Shown one piece after another: positions 46,955-55,553 of a stretch of DNA of 64,000 nucleotides (position 1 is its first letter; each line of letters opens with the position of its first letter). A program made the position numbers and the translations under genes. The notes under the pieces were generated by a model. The model searched no databases, was not told the DNA's origin, and saw nothing but the letters and a program-made list of their open reading frames with translations. Origin of the DNA: an uncultured Solibacteraceae bacterium (lineage in GTDB: Bacteria; Acidobacteriota; Vicinamibacteria; Vicinamibacterales; SCN-69-37); NCBI GenBank assembly GCA_964471115.1, contig CAYYFE010000006.1, positions 16,370 to 80,369 of the forward strand. Reading direction: 5' to 3'.

Positions 46955-48484
46955 ATGCCGGCGGCCCCCGGCCCGTCGCCCGACCTCGAGCGGCTTCTGC
47001 GCGACCTGCGCGAGGCGCAGGCCGTGGCGCGCATGGGCTCGTGGACGACCGACTTGACGACCATGGCCGTGACCTGGTCGGAAGAAACCCACCGCATCTT
47101 CGAAACGGATCCGGTGACATTTGCGCCGACCCACGCGGCATTCCTCGCCTTGGTGCACTCCGACGATCGCGCGGCCGTGGACGCCGCGTTCGTGGAGTCG
47201 CTCACGAGGCCCGATCCGCAGGAAATCGAACATCGGCTCGTCGTGCACGGCCGGGTCAAGACCGTGCGGGAACGATGGCAGGTCATCCGCGATGACGCTG
47301 GCCAGCCGCAGCGCGCGATCGGCACGTGCCAGGACATCACCGAGCGCAAGGCGCGTGAAGCGGAACGGCTGCGCAACCAGCGGCTGGAGAGCATCGGCAA
47401 CCTCGCCGGCGGCATCGCACACGACCTGAACAACCTGCTGGCGCCCATCCTCATGTCCGTCGCGCTGCTCAAGGAAGACGAGCGCGACCCCGAACGCGCG
47501 GAGATGCTGGCCACGATTGACACCAACGCCCGGCGTGGCGCCGACCTGGTCCGCCAGGTGCTCACCTACGCCCGTGGTCAGGAGACCTCCAGGCAGGTCG
47601 TGGATCTGGAGGGGCTGGTCCAGGACGTCGCCCACGTGGTGCGCGAAACGTTCCCCCGCAGCATCGCGCTCGACGTGCACATTGCCTCCGGGGTGCCGCT
47701 CGTGGTGGGTGACATCACGCAGTTGCTTCAGGTGCTGATGAACCTGGTGGTCAACGCCAGGGATGCGATGCGCGACGGCGGGCAGTTGACGATCGCGCTC
47801 GCCCCTGGCAGCCGGGCCGATCGTCCCGGGGTGTGGCTGGACGTCGCCGACTCGGGCGTGGGCATGACGCCGGATGTGCTCGACCAGATTTTCGACCCGT
47901 TCTTCACGACCAAGGACATCGGGCACGGCACGGGCCTGGGTCTGTCCACCGTCCAGGCGATCGTCAGCACCCACGGCGGCCACATCGACGTGACCTCCGC
48001 CCCCGGACACGGGTCACGGTTCCGCATCTGGTGGCCTGCGGCCCCGTCCACCTCGACCGTCACACCCTCAGCACCACCCCGCACCCTGCCGACCCGTGGC
48101 GCCGGTCAGGTGGTGCTCATCGTCGACGATGAAGACAGCATTCGTCAGCTGGCACGCCAGCCCCTCGAACATCACGGGTACACGGTGCGGACGGCCACCA
48201 ACGGGCGGGACGCCGTCGAGATCGTGGCGGCCAATCCCGACGGCATCGCGCTGGTGCTGACCGACATGTCGATGCCGGTGATGGACGGCCTGACCGCGGT
48301 GCACGCGATGCGCCGCCTCAATCCGTCGCTGCGGATCCTGACGTCGAGCGGCCTGCCGGCCGCCGCCGGTCCGGCCCAGGCGCGTGACGTCGACGGGCTC
48401 CCCTTCCTGGCGAAGCCCTACGCCGCCGACGACCTGCTGCACGCGGTCGCCCAGGCGCTGGCGTCGCCTACCTCCCCACCGTGA
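46955..48484 (+). CDS. PAS-domain hybrid sensor histidine kinase with C-terminal receiver
   Basis: PAS (WSEETHRIFE..VHSDD..), H-box GGIAHDLNNLL, LVVNARDAM, DSGVGM, GTGLGLS. Receiver VLIVDDEDSIR...LTDMSMPVMDG...KPY. Confidence 0.88.
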   Translation: MPAAPGPSPDLERLLRDLREAQAVARMGSWTTDLTTMAVTWSEETHRIFETDPVTFAPTHAAFLALVHSDDRAAVDAAFVESLTRPDPQEIEHRLVVHGRVKTVRERWQVIRDDAGQPQRAIGTCQDITERKAREAERLRNQRLESIGNLAGGIAHDLNNLLAPILMSVALLKEDERDPERAEMLATIDTNARRGADLVRQVLTYARGQETSRQVVDLEGLVQDVAHVVRETFPRSIALDVHIASGVPLVVGDITQLLQVLMNLVVNARDAMRDGGQLTIALAPGSRADRPGVWLDVADSGVGMTPDVLDQIFDPFFTTKDIGHGTGLGLSTVQAIVSTHGGHIDVTSAPGHGSRFRIWWPAAPSTSTVTPSAPPRTLPTRGAGQVVLIVDDEDSIRQLARQPLEHHGYTVRTATNGRDAVEIVAANPDGIALVLTDMSMPVMDGLTAVHAMRRLNPSLRILTSSGLPAAAGPAQARDVDGLPFLAKPYAADDLLHAVAQALASPTSPP

Positions 48485-50228
48485 AGTTCACCGCCACGAC
48501 CATCGTCACTTCGATCGGCTGACCATTCAACTGCGTCGGCGTGAACTCCCACTGCCGCACGGCGTCGAGCGCAGCCCCGGCCAATGTCTCGGGTCCCTTC
48601 AGGATGCTGGCGTCGGTCACGGTGCCGTCTGGTCCAATCGTGCTTTGGACGATGACGACCGTATCCTGGGTGACGACACCGGCCGGGCACACCGGCGCGA
48701 CGTGCCGGGTCTTCTTCGGTGGACGAATGTGGCCGCCGACGCGAATCGGCTGCATCGGCGCCTGCGCCTGCAGCGACGGAACGAACAGCTGCCACAGCGA
48801 ACGCGCATGTGAACTCGAGCAGACGACACTGACGGCCTCAGTGAGCTCGCCAACCGCAAGTGTCACCGGCGTGTCGACCGTCTGCCCGGCGGGCACGCGC
48901 AGCGCGGCGCGTGTGGTGCGGAAGCCCGACAGCTGCACCCTCAGCTCGTAGTCGCCCGCCGGCAGATCACCAATCGTGTACCGACCGTTCGCCGCGCTGA
49001 TCGCCGTGCGATCCGCGCGCGTCGCCACATCGGTGATCGTAATCCGGGCCCCGGGGATGACGCCGCCGGTCTGGTCCGTAACCAACCCGGTGGCGGCGCC
49101 TGCTTGCACTGGCGCGGCAGGCTCCGGCGCGGGTGTGGGCCGGGGTGCGGGCGTGGGCGCAGGCGCCGAAGTCGAGGCTGGCGCCGAAGCCGGCGCCGGC
49201 GCAGGCGCCTGCGCGAGGTCAGGTCCGCCCGACGGCGCGGGCACGACCGGGAAGGCGTCGGGTTCCAGACTGAGCGCGGCGAGCGGCAGACTGCAGGCCA
49301 GCGCGATGAGCATCACGACGGTCCAGCCGCCGACGGTGAGGGGCGTACGACGACGATGATCGAGCATGGCAACAACTCTCCTCTCGAGCGTGGAAGGGTG
49401 GGCAATGGCCGGGGCCGACGCCCACGCGGCGCGACGTCCCTTCAGCGAGGTGGCAAGGTCCAGCAGGTGCGCGCCGTAGGTGGACGGCTTGACGCCGGCC
49501 TGCAGCACGGCGTCGTCACACGCATGTTCACTTTCCTGGCGCAGGCGGCGGCAGGCGACCCAGACCAGGGGATTCAGCGGCAGCAGACAGCGCACCAATT
49601 CGGCCGCGACCTGCACGGCCGCATCGTTCCGCTTGATGTGCGCCAGTTCATGGGTCAGGACGATGCGACGGCGATCGTCCGGCCAGTCGTCAGCGCCGTC
49701 CGGCAGGATGATGCCTGGCCGCAGGGTGCCGAACGCCACAAGGATGGCGGGGTCAGTGCTTTGGAGCACCTGGATCCGGCGCGTGATGCCCATGCTGCTC
49801 GCCAGCGCGTCCGTCAACGCACGCCACGCGTCAGCGGCCGGCACACATCGTCGTCTGAGGCGGATGAGCCGGACGATGTCGACGAGCAGCGCGGTCAGCA
49901 GGACGACGGAGGCCGCGAGCCACATCCAGCCGACCACCGCGACCCATGAGACGGGTTCAGCAGCGGCGGTCGGCGTCGTGCCCCCGGCCGGTCCGCTGAC
50001 GGCCACGGTCGCGGCCCCTGAAGGGAGTCCGTCGGCGGTCCATCCGGCGATGGAGATTTCGGGCACCGCGGCGTCGAGCAACGGCATCATCGCGACCACG
50101 GCGAGAGCCGAGGCGAGGATGGCGTGGCGCAGCGCCGCGGACCTGGTGCGCAGCAGGGCAACGATAAACAGCGCGCCGGCCAGCAGCGCCGCACCGGCGA
50201 AAAGACTTGTCAGCAGCAGGGGCATCAT
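48468..50228 (-). CDS. BlaR1/MecR1-type M56 metallopeptidase sensor fused to CarboxypepD_reg-like and TonB C-terminal domains
   Basis: 4 TM helices plus HEXXH (THELAHIKRND). Ala/Pro linker. Ig-like GLVTDQTGGVIPGARITITD..NGRYTIGDLPAGDYELRV. TonB_C-like VQSTIGPDGTVTDASILKG...AALDAVRQWEFTP. Confidence 0.8.
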   Translation of the reverse strand: MMPLLLTSLFAGAALLAGALFIVALLRTRSAALRHAILASALAVVAMMPLLDAAVPEISIAGWTADGLPSGAATVAVSGPAGGTTPTAAAEPVSWVAVVGWMWLAASVVLLTALLVDIVRLIRLRRRCVPAADAWRALTDALASSMGITRRIQVLQSTDPAILVAFGTLRPGIILPDGADDWPDDRRRIVLTHELAHIKRNDAAVQVAAELVRCLLPLNPLVWVACRRLRQESEHACDDAVLQAGVKPSTYGAHLLDLATSLKGRRAAWASAPAIAHPSTLERRVVAMLDHRRRTPLTVGGWTVVMLIALACSLPLAALSLEPDAFPVVPAPSGGPDLAQAPAPAPASAPASTSAPAPTPAPRPTPAPEPAAPVQAGAATGLVTDQTGGVIPGARITITDVATRADRTAISAANGRYTIGDLPAGDYELRVQLSGFRTTRAALRVPAGQTVDTPVTLAVGELTEAVSVVCSSSHARSLWQLFVPSLQAQAPMQPIRVGGHIRPPKKTRHVAPVCPAGVVTQDTVVIVQSTIGPDGTVTDASILKGPETLAGAALDAVRQWEFTPTQLNGQPIEVTMVVAVNFTVGR

Positions 50229-50614
50229 CGCTGCTCCTTCCGCGCCTTCTGAATCAGCGCGGCGATGCGTTCCAGTTCCTCGTCGGAGAGCCGGGTCGCT
50301 TCGCCGCCCAGCAGCGCCGACACGGCTTTTTCGGGTGAGCCGTCAAAAAACGTCTCGATGACGTGGCGCAGCGCCGAGCGGCGTGCCGCGTGACGCGCCA
50401 CGACCGGCGCGTACACGAACCGGGCGCCGTCCTTGTCGTGCCGGACGTGGCCCTTCTGCTCCAGCACGCGCAGCTGGGTGCGCACCGTGGAGTACGTGGT
50501 GTCGGCGGGCAGGTCGTCCATGACCTCGGCCGCCGTGGCACGGCCACGGCGGAAGAGGATGTCCATGATCTGCCGTTCGCGGCGGGACAGGCTGAGGTGC
50601 AGGGTTCGGGGCAT
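50225..50614 (-). CDS. BlaI/MecI/CopY-family transcriptional repressor
   Basis: LSRRERQIMDILFRRGRATAAEV...YSTVRTQLRVLEQKGHVRH winged helix. ATGA overlap with the BlaR1-like gene. Confidence 0.88.
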   Translation of the reverse strand: MPRTLHLSLSRRERQIMDILFRRGRATAAEVMDDLPADTTYSTVRTQLRVLEQKGHVRHDKDGARFVYAPVVARHAARRSALRHVIETFFDGSPEKAVSALLGGEATRLSDEELERIAALIQKARKEQR

Positions 50615-50654
50615 GTGTTATTTCTCTCGCACTTATGTGCGAAAGAAATAACAC
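50615..50654. promoter_or_regulatory. 40-bp palindromic operator candidate abutting the blaI start
   Basis: gtgttatttctctcgcac ttat gtgcgaaagaaataacac (18-bp arms, one mismatch). TTGACA on the minus strand at 50673-50668. Confidence 0.6.
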
Positions 50655-50683
50655 CTCACGGCGGGGCTGTCAAGCCGGCGGGA

Positions 50684-52480
50684 TCAACGGCGGGCCACGC
50701 AGGACACGAGGCGGCCCACGTCGCGGCCGGCCATCCAGCCGCGCCGCGACCAGTCGCCAGCCAATCCGGCAATGGCGCTGACCAGGTCCCCGTGTCGGCG
50801 CGCGGCCGCGTGCGCCGCGGCCACCACGTCATTGAGCGTCACACCGCCAGGCAGGAGCCGATTCTCCACGCGCGTGGTGCAGGCGCCGATACTCACCGTG
50901 GCCGCCATGTTCGAGTGCGGCACGCGATCCTCCGCGTCGGGCACGCCGTCGCCATCGCTGTCGGAGGGCGGTGGAGGCGGCGGTGGCGCGAGCACCGTCA
51001 CCAGAAAACTCGTCTGGCTGGCGTTGCCGCTGGTGTCGGTGGCGGTGCAGGTCACCCGGGTCTCACCGATCGCAAACCACGTGCCGCTCATCGGCGCGCA
51101 GCCGGCCGGCAGGGCGCCGTCCACCAGGTCAACCGCGGCGACCGCAGCCCACGTCACCGTCGCACCGTGGTCGGCCGCCGCCGTCACGGTGACATCCGCA
51201 AGGGCCGGCCACGCCGGCGCCGTCGTGTCAGCCACGCGCACCAGGAAGCTCGTGCGGCCGACATTGCCGGCGTCGTCGATGCCGGTGCAGGTCACCGGCG
51301 TGTTGCCCACCGCGAACGCGGATCCGCTCGCGGGCTGGCACTCCACGACGGGGTTCTCGGTGACGGCATCGGTGGCTGATGGCGGATTCCACTCCACCAC
51401 CGTGACCGCGCCGACGGCTTCCACGTACACGTCCGCCATGAACCCCAACGTCGGCGCCACGGTGTCAGCGACCGTCACCACCGACTCGAAGGTCGTCTGG
51501 TTGCCCCATCCATCGACGGCCGCACAATGGAACGTGTGCGAGCCCACGGGATACCACCCGAACGGCTCGGCGCACACCGTGTCCGTCGGGCGCGGGATGC
51601 CGGCGCTCGACAGCGCATCGACCGCCCCGAGCGTGGCGGCCTGCACTTCTGCCCCGGCCGGTGCACTGGCTTCCATCGTCAGCGCGCTGTGACCAGGCGC
51701 CGGCGGCCAGTCATCACGCCACGCCGCGTAGAACCCCAGATTGGTCGTGAGTTCCAGCGACGCGGCCGTCCCTGATCGATCGGCGTAGAAGATGTTGAAC
51801 GCGTACACGTCGTGGTTCTGCAGACCGAGGGTGGACAGGTCCACCTGCCGGCAGGCGTGCGCCCGCACGCCGCCCATGTCGACGACCAGGGTGTCGTTGA
51901 TGAAGATCCAGAGCGAATCGTCCGCGCAGACGCGCAGGGTTGGCTGCACGACGGTTTGATGACGGAAGTACCACTGCCCCTGCAGGGTGAAGTGCCCGTT
52001 GCGGGTGGTCTCCGGTAGATTCCCGAAGCCGCGGCCGTGCAGCGGATCAAACGCGTCACTTCTGAACCGGTAGACCCCGCCGCCCAGGTGTCTGAAGGTC
52101 AGGGAGTCGTTGAGGGTGTGGACGGTGGGCGCATCGCCCTCGAACGACGCGTTGTAGGCCGTGCTGGCAAACCAACTGCCGAACGTCTCAGGGCCGAAGG
52201 TCGTCGCCGACGACGATGGTTGCATCACGCCCAACCCGGTCGAGGGGTGGGGCGTCAGCGTCGACAGCACTTCACCGGTCACCAGGCCCGTGGGGGCCCC
52301 GCCGAAGTCGGGATGGCTCACCGTTCCGGGAGGCGGCACCTGTGGACTGGCGACGACATCGCGCAGGATGACCGGCACCGAGTACGAGGCCGGCCACTGC
52401 GCCGAGGCGGCGGTGGGTGCGGCCAGGCTGATGGCGCCGGTGATGACCACAGACACGATGAGGAGCGCTACGCGAGTCAT
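50684..52480 (-). CDS. secreted fibro-slime (PA14-like) domain protein with three HYR domains and a TSP3-like Asp-rich motif
   Basis: Signal peptide MTRVALLIVSVVITGAISLAAPTAASAQ. Fibro-slime core NGHFTLQGQWYF...CADDSLWIFINDTLVVDMGGVRA...FNIFYADRSGTAASLELTTNL. Three copies of C..G.......V.C.A.D..GN.....F.V.V.D..AP. DSDGDGVPDAED. Start ATG 52480. Confidence 0.65.
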   Translation of the reverse strand: MTRVALLIVSVVITGAISLAAPTAASAQWPASYSVPVILRDVVASPQVPPPGTVSHPDFGGAPTGLVTGEVLSTLTPHPSTGLGVMQPSSSATTFGPETFGSWFASTAYNASFEGDAPTVHTLNDSLTFRHLGGGVYRFRSDAFDPLHGRGFGNLPETTRNGHFTLQGQWYFRHQTVVQPTLRVCADDSLWIFINDTLVVDMGGVRAHACRQVDLSTLGLQNHDVYAFNIFYADRSGTAASLELTTNLGFYAAWRDDWPPAPGHSALTMEASAPAGAEVQAATLGAVDALSSAGIPRPTDTVCAEPFGWYPVGSHTFHCAAVDGWGNQTTFESVVTVADTVAPTLGFMADVYVEAVGAVTVVEWNPPSATDAVTENPVVECQPASGSAFAVGNTPVTCTGIDDAGNVGRTSFLVRVADTTAPAWPALADVTVTAAADHGATVTWAAVAAVDLVDGALPAGCAPMSGTWFAIGETRVTCTATDTSGNASQTSFLVTVLAPPPPPPPSDSDGDGVPDAEDRVPHSNMAATVSIGACTTRVENRLLPGGVTLNDVVAAAHAAARRHGDLVSAIAGLAGDWSRRGWMAGRDVGRLVSCVARR

Positions 52481-52538
52481 GGCCCAAGGATGGCCGGCGG
52501 CGCCGCGCGGCGGAATAGGTAGACCTACGTATTTCAAG

Positions 52539-55500
52539 GTGGGTAGACTTGCCCAATTGACGAAACGGCGTCCGGCCCTCTGGCCCCTGGTCGTGTGCGA
52601 GCTCCTGCTGTGCGCCGGCCTCGCGGCCCCGCCGGCCGAGGCGCAATACCGGATCGACACGTGGACGACCGAACAGGGTCTGCCCACCAACTCGGTGACA
52701 TCGGTCCTGCAGACCCGCGATGGTTTTCTCTGGATGACCACGTATGGCGGACTCGTCCGCTTTGATGGCGCCACGCTGAAGACCTTCACCACCGAGAACA
52801 CGCCGGGCCTGCGCACAGGCCGGCTGATTGCGCTCTACGAGAGCCGGGACGGCGCCTTGTGGATCACAACGGAAGGCCTGGGTGTGACGCGGCTGGCCGG
52901 CGGGGTCTTCGAGTCGTTCTCCACCGCGGAGGGCCTGCCGGACAACGAAGTCGGCGATGTCTTTGAAATGCCCGACGGCACCCTCATCGTCGATACCCGC
53001 CTCGGTGCGGTGCGCTGGGACGACGGCCGTTTCGTCGCCGAGACGGCCCTGCCCCATCGAGGCGATCGCGCCCGCACCGTGCTGGGCCGCGCGGCCGACG
53101 GCGCGATCTGGTTTCGCGATGCGGCAGGTGTGCACCGCTTTGCCGGCCACGCGAGCGCGCGCACGCTGTCGATCGATGGCGATGTCGTCAGCGCCTATGA
53201 AGACCGCCGCGGCCGGCTCTGGCTGCAGTTGCGCGGGGGCGCGGGCGACCATCCGCGCACGCTGGCCTGCGTCTGCGACGGCCGGCTGGTGCGCTTCGGC
53301 GCGAAGGACGGGGTGCCGCGGTTCGAGACCATCGCCTGGTCCGAGGATCGCGACGGCCACGTGTGGTTCGGCCTGCGCGGCAATGCCGGGCTGCTGCGGT
53401 ACGACGGCCGGCGTTTCCTGCATCTGACGCTCGCCGACGGGCTGCCGGGCGCCAACGTCGAACGCCTGTTTCAGGATCGCGAAGGCACGTTGTGGGCGCC
53501 CACCGACGGCGGACTGGCGCGTCTCACGGCACGTCCGATGACGACGTTCTCGTCAGTCGACGGACTCGAGGCGGACAACACCTATGTCGTGTACGAAGAT
53601 CGACAGGGCACGATCTGGATTGGCGGCTGGTCCGGCCTGACGCGGTATCGTGCCGGCCGGTTCGAGCCGGTGTCGCGGGCCTCCGGCGTGGCCCGCGCCA
53701 ACATCACGTCCATCCTTGAAGACCAGGCGGGCACCCTGTGGCTGGGCGTCTGGGACGGCGGACTTCGCCTGATCCGCGACGGCCGCGTGCGCGCGGTGGC
53801 CAGCCCCGTCGGCATCGTCACGCGAGCGATCTATCAGGGCCGCGGCCCCGAGGTCTGGCTGGGCGGGCGGGACGGACTCGCGCAGTACCGGGACGGCGTG
53901 TTCACGCGGCTCACCGACGGGTATCCCGGAGGCGAGGTGCAGGTGTTGTTCGAGGGTCGCGATGGCGCCCTCTGGATCGGCACCGACTCGGGTATCATCC
54001 GCCTGCGCGACGGCCGGTTCACGGCCTTCGGCGACGCCGACGGCCTGACCGGGCACCCCATCGTGCGGGCCATCCATGAGGACGCCGACGGAACCCTGTG
54101 GTTCGGCACGTATGACAGCGGCCTGTTGCGGTTCCGCGACGGCCGGTTCACCCGCATCACCACCGGCGCAGGTTTATGGTCGAGCGGCGCCTTTCAGATC
54201 CTCGAGGATGCGCAGCAGCGCTTCTGGATCACGTCAAACACCGGCATCTATCGCGTCGCGCGGCGCGAACTCGACGAGGTCGCCACGGGCCGTCGTGACC
54301 GGGTCACGTCGGTCGCCTACGGGGTTCGGGACGGCATGCGGCACGCCGAAGCAAACGGCGGCACCCAACCCGCCGGCCTCATCAGCCGCGACGGACGCAT
54401 CTGGTTCCCGACTCAACAGGGGGTGGTGGTGTTCGATCCGGCCGCCATCCCCGTGAACCCGCTGCCGCCGCCGGTGGTCATCACGCATGCCGCCGTCGCC
54501 AACCGGCCGGTGCCCGTCGGCCCGCTGATCGAGATCCCCTCCGGGCCCACGGCGCTCGAGCTGCAGTTTGCCGCGCTCACGTTCGTCCGGCCCGAACACT
54601 CGCGGTTCCGCTTCATCATGGAGGGGCTCGATCAGGACTGGATCGAGGCCGGCGGTGAGCGCGCGGCGCGATATGCGCAGCTGCCGTACGGACGTTTCGT
54701 CTTCCGGGTCGTGGCCGCCAACCGCGACGGCGTCTGGAATACCGACGGCGCGCGCCTGACCGTGGTGGTGGTCCCGCCCTTCTACCGGACCCGCTGGTTC
54801 TTCGCGCTGCTGATGGGGACGGCCGTCGCCGCCGGGATCGCGGTGCACACCTGGCGGCTCCGGCTGCTGCGCCGGGAGCAGGACCTGCAGCAGGCGTTTT
54901 CCCGCCAGTTGATCGCGTCCCAGGAAGCCGAACGCAGGCGAATCGCCGCGGGCCTGCACGACGGGCTGCAGCAACACCTGCTCGTCATCAGAAACTGGGC
55001 GCTGCTGGGGCAGGCCCCCCCCGCCGGTGACGCGGCCGCGGCCCAGCGCTGGCGCGACGTGGATCAGGCGGCGGCGCACGCGCTGGGCGACGTGCGCGCC
55101 ATCGTGCACGACCTGACGCCGTATCAGCTTGGCCGCGTCGGACTCGCCCGTTCCGTCAAGGACATGGTGCACACGGTGGCCGCGTCTTCGTCCATCACGT
55201 TCAGCTGCGAGGTCGCCGACGTCGACGGACGCCTGTCAAAGGAAGCGGAGCTGACACTCTTCCGGGTGATCCAGGAGGCACTCAGCAACATCGTGAAACA
55301 CTCCCAGGCCCGCCGCGCCTCGGTCCGCCTCGAGACCGACGGCCCGCGCGTCCGCGTCCGGATCACCGATGACGGCCGCGGCTTTGCGGCCGACCCCGGC
55401 GTGTGGCGCCGCGAAGGTGGGACGGGAGGATTCGGCATCTTCGGCATGACCGAACGGGTCGGCATGCTGGGTGGCCGGTTCGAGGTCTCGTCGGCTCCCG

Positions 55501-55553
55501 GACAGGGCGCGGAGATTACGATCACCTTGCCCACGCAGGAGGGAGAACGGTGA
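52539..55553 (+). CDS. sensor histidine kinase with periplasmic two-component-regulator propeller + Y_Y_Y domains and a HisKA_3 core
   Basis: Reg_prop repeats (GLPTNSVTSVLQTRDGFLWMTTYGGLVRFDG and others), one TM helix, H-box RRIAAGLHDGLQQHL, HATPase DDGRGF..GGFGIFGM. Start uncertain: GTG 52539 or TTG 52557. The track start at 52161 overlaps the divergent gene. Confidence 0.8.
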   Translation: MGRLAQLTKRRPALWPLVVCELLLCAGLAAPPAEAQYRIDTWTTEQGLPTNSVTSVLQTRDGFLWMTTYGGLVRFDGATLKTFTTENTPGLRTGRLIALYESRDGALWITTEGLGVTRLAGGVFESFSTAEGLPDNEVGDVFEMPDGTLIVDTRLGAVRWDDGRFVAETALPHRGDRARTVLGRAADGAIWFRDAAGVHRFAGHASARTLSIDGDVVSAYEDRRGRLWLQLRGGAGDHPRTLACVCDGRLVRFGAKDGVPRFETIAWSEDRDGHVWFGLRGNAGLLRYDGRRFLHLTLADGLPGANVERLFQDREGTLWAPTDGGLARLTARPMTTFSSVDGLEADNTYVVYEDRQGTIWIGGWSGLTRYRAGRFEPVSRASGVARANITSILEDQAGTLWLGVWDGGLRLIRDGRVRAVASPVGIVTRAIYQGRGPEVWLGGRDGLAQYRDGVFTRLTDGYPGGEVQVLFEGRDGALWIGTDSGIIRLRDGRFTAFGDADGLTGHPIVRAIHEDADGTLWFGTYDSGLLRFRDGRFTRITTGAGLWSSGAFQILEDAQQRFWITSNTGIYRVARRELDEVATGRRDRVTSVAYGVRDGMRHAEANGGTQPAGLISRDGRIWFPTQQGVVVFDPAAIPVNPLPPPVVITHAAVANRPVPVGPLIEIPSGPTALELQFAALTFVRPEHSRFRFIMEGLDQDWIEAGGERAARYAQLPYGRFVFRVVAANRDGVWNTDGARLTVVVVPPFYRTRWFFALLMGTAVAAGIAVHTWRLRLLRREQDLQQAFSRQLIASQEAERRRIAAGLHDGLQQHLLVIRNWALLGQAPPAGDAAAAQRWRDVDQAAAHALGDVRAIVHDLTPYQLGRVGLARSVKDMVHTVAASSSITFSCEVADVDGRLSKEAELTLFRVIQEALSNIVKHSQARRASVRLETDGPRVRVRITDDGRGFAADPGVWRREGGTGGFGIFGMTERVGMLGGRFEVSSAPGQGAEITITLPTQEGER

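Noticed and set aside
46919-48010. Upper part of the 1078-aa minus-strand ORF (44774-48010).
   Set aside because: The DPP-IV homology and its signal peptide begin at ATG 46918. Upstream sequence is antisense to the hybrid kinase gene.
52161-52538. N-terminal extensions of the kinase ORF (52161 onward) and of the fibro-slime ORF (up to 52816).
   Set aside because: The two extensions overlap each other on opposite strands. Both proteins have clear signal or TM starts further in (ATG 52480; GTG 52539 or TTG 52557).
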